Below, in pieces: positions 61,308-64,000 of a stretch of 64,000 bases of DNA (position 1 is its first letter; the number at the start of each line of letters is the position of its first letter). Both the position numbers and the translations under genes were made by a program. The notes beneath the pieces were generated by a model, which made no database searches, was not told the origin of the DNA, and saw only the letters and a list, made by a program, of their open reading frames with translations. Source of the stretch: the human T2T-CHM13v2.0 reference genome, Homo sapiens; assembly GCF_009914755.1 (NCBI RefSeq), contig NC_060933.1; one strand, written 5' to 3'.

Positions 61308-62559
61308 TTATTGCCTTACAGACAATCCCATCCCCCACCGGAGCCAGCAAGGTGGGATGGGGTTGAACTAAGATTCCCACAGGGACCAGGCCAGGAGGGG
61401 CTTGGCCAGCTCCCACTCCATGCCAGAGAGGGGCATGACTGGGCCAGGTGACATGGCAGGACCAGCCCAGAGCCCACCTTGGGGTCCCATCCCAGCTCAT
61501 CTCACAGGGCTGGGCCAGGCTGCAGACGCTCTAGATTCGTTTCCTGCAGCTGAGGCTCACACCAGCGCCTCCCAGATTTGTGCCAGGGGAGGAGGATAAA
61601 GCGCTAGGTTGAGACCCAGTAGCGTTTGCCAAGAAGGAGGGTTCTGGCCTCGGAGTGGCTGGGGTCTCCATGGCCCCCTTCCAAGCTCCCTTCACCAGCA
61701 GAGTGGCCATGCACCCTCCCCTCCCGCCAAAGCCACAGCCCTGACACCACTGAGCCTCTTGGACTCTCTCCAATGACATGGCTGAACCGGCCCACCCACG
61801 TGGCCAGCCCCACGCCTGTGATTTCAGAGAGAAGCTTAACAGAGATCTCACCAAATTCCACCCCCTCAGAGGCTGACCCAAATGCCCATGCTCTGTGACC
61901 ACGGCCATCTCGCTGCCCCTCTCTGAACCTCCTCTTCTGAAAACTGCCTGCCATCACACTAACCTGCCAGGCACTTTTGAGCAGCTGATTTCACAAATCT
62001 TAATTATTATTCAGATGTCCGCTTTACAGAATAACAACTGAGGCCGGAGAGTCTAGGTGGAGCGCCCAAAGCCAGCCAGGTGGTGGGCAGTGACGTGGGC
62101 AGCCAGAGGCCTGGGCTAGTGCCTGGATTCCCATCCCAGCCGCACTGTGACTCAGCGGCCTGGGGCGAGTCACCCACCCGCAGAGCCTCGGTTTTCTCCT
62201 CTGTAAAGTGGGGGTGATAAGGGCACAGAATGAGCCTGAGCAGGTGCAGCTCTCAGCACAGGGCGTGGGGTTCTGTGGGCAGTGCCCTCCAGGCACCTCC
62301 TCCCTTGGTGGTGATGGATCAAGATCGTTCATGGAACTGTGTTGGGAACATATAGATGAGGAATTCCATTTGCTATGACAATTATTATTCAATGGCTTCC
62401 CGAGTCAGGAATGTAGGTCCTGCCCACGCAGGAGCTGTGTCTCTGGTGTGAGCTCCAGGGCCCCTCCTTCTCTGCCCTCCACATGTAGCCGGGAGGTCTG
62501 AGCAGGTCTTGTTTTTCAGCAATCCCCCCGCCCTTCCCTGGAGGGAAGGCGATATCCAC

Positions 62560-63110
62560 AATTCCTTCCTGAGCACCTACTGTGTGCCAGGCATGGAGAG
62601 GCACCAGAGGCGAAGACGGGCCCAGTGTGGTCAGGGGTATAATGGGGGCACCAGGGTCTATGGGAGGCTGGAGGCAGCTCCTGACCTTGCCTATTGTTAG
62701 GGGGAGGGAGCACAAAAGGCTTCTAGAAGAGCAGGTCTAACCTGAGACCCAAAGCTTGAATAGGAGTCAACCGGGCTGAGGGTGTGGGATGCTCTGGCAA
62801 GGGGCACGCAGTGTGCGCAAAGGCCTGGGGCGAGAGGAACAGGACTCATTAGAACACGGCTTGCAGGCATGTTCGTTTCAATATCCCACGGGGTGGGAGG
62901 GGTCATGGGGAGCCACGGAAAGTTTTAGGCAGGAAGTAACATATTCAGAAGCACCTTCCAGAAAGACTGCTCTGGCTATCCTTTGGAAGAAGGATTGCAG
63001 GGCAGAGCAGAAGCAGGGAGGCCACCAAGGTGGCTGCTGCAGACATCTGGATGATAATGGGGGTCTGGACCAGGGCGGCAAAAGTCGGGGAAGGGAAGTG
63101 ATTAAAAAGA
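62560..63110 (-). mobile_element. L2 fragment
   Basis: ctgagcacctactgtgtgccaggca; ggggagccacggaaagttttaggcagg; agaaagactgctctggct. Confidence 0.7.
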
Positions 63111-63114
63111 TGTA

Positions 63115-63426
<312 letters not shown>

Positions 63427-64000
63427 AAGGTATAGAGGGTAGATCTGACAGGACAAGAAAGTGAGGGTCAAAGAGGGTGGGCCATGGGCTGGATGGGGGG
63501 CCATCTCTGAGGCAGCCCATAGAAGAGAAGTGGGTAGGGGGACTCTCCATGGCCCTGAGTCCCCACAGCTCTGCTGGGTTCCTCAGTACAGTCCTGCCCC
63601 TAGAACTGCCCTTCTTAGGCTGCAGCGGGGAGCTGCACTGGATGGAAACCCACAGGTCTGTGGCAGGTGGAGGCCTCATGGGTAGACAGCTGGCAGTCCT
63701 GGGGCCAAGTCCCAGGACATGGGGTCCCTGCCTGCAGCCAGCAGAGGACAGAAGCCTCGGCCTGGACTTCCCACTTCCCGGATGAGGCATCCCAAGCTCC
63801 GCAGAGGAGGAGGGCCTTGCCCTGGGTGGTGGGGGTTTCTCTCAGCCCCCCATTCTTGTTCCTTAGGTTTCCTCGTCTCTGAGACGGGTAGATGCAGATG
63901 GACAGACTCAGCCACCCGCCCCAGAGGGCCTGGCAGCTGAGCAAACACTGCACGGGGCCTTGATCGGACACAGGAGAATGAGGGGGTGGGGGGTGGCAGC

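Overview
GC-rich primate (very likely human) non-coding DNA. I found no protein-coding exon, structural RNA gene or CRISPR array that I can support. All long ORFs in the track are read-throughs of simple repeats, Alu elements or CpG islands. The window is a dense mosaic of about 40 Alu pieces (many with visible target-site duplications, several nested), MaLR LTRs and MLT1 internal sequence, old L2/MIR/L1M fragments and DNA-transposon relics (MER45A, MER46C, MER53, Charlie4-like). There is a ~2.3 kb (CAY/CAR/AAC)n VNTR at 4.9-7.2 kb and a cluster of G-rich simple repeats at 49.7-54.2 kb. Three CpG islands (~10.3, ~33.8, ~57.0 kb) and several short TF-motif-dense unique segments suggest an intronic or intergenic regulatory landscape. 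I could not identify the locus. The best second-look items are a promoter-like island with two RFX boxes, an NRF1 site and a splice donor but no visible gene, an L2-derived inverted repeat with unusually similar arms, the large VNTR, and a zero-spacer antisense Alu-in-Alu. I see no convincing new biological system. Repeat subfamily calls are from memory of consensus sequences and boundaries are approximate.
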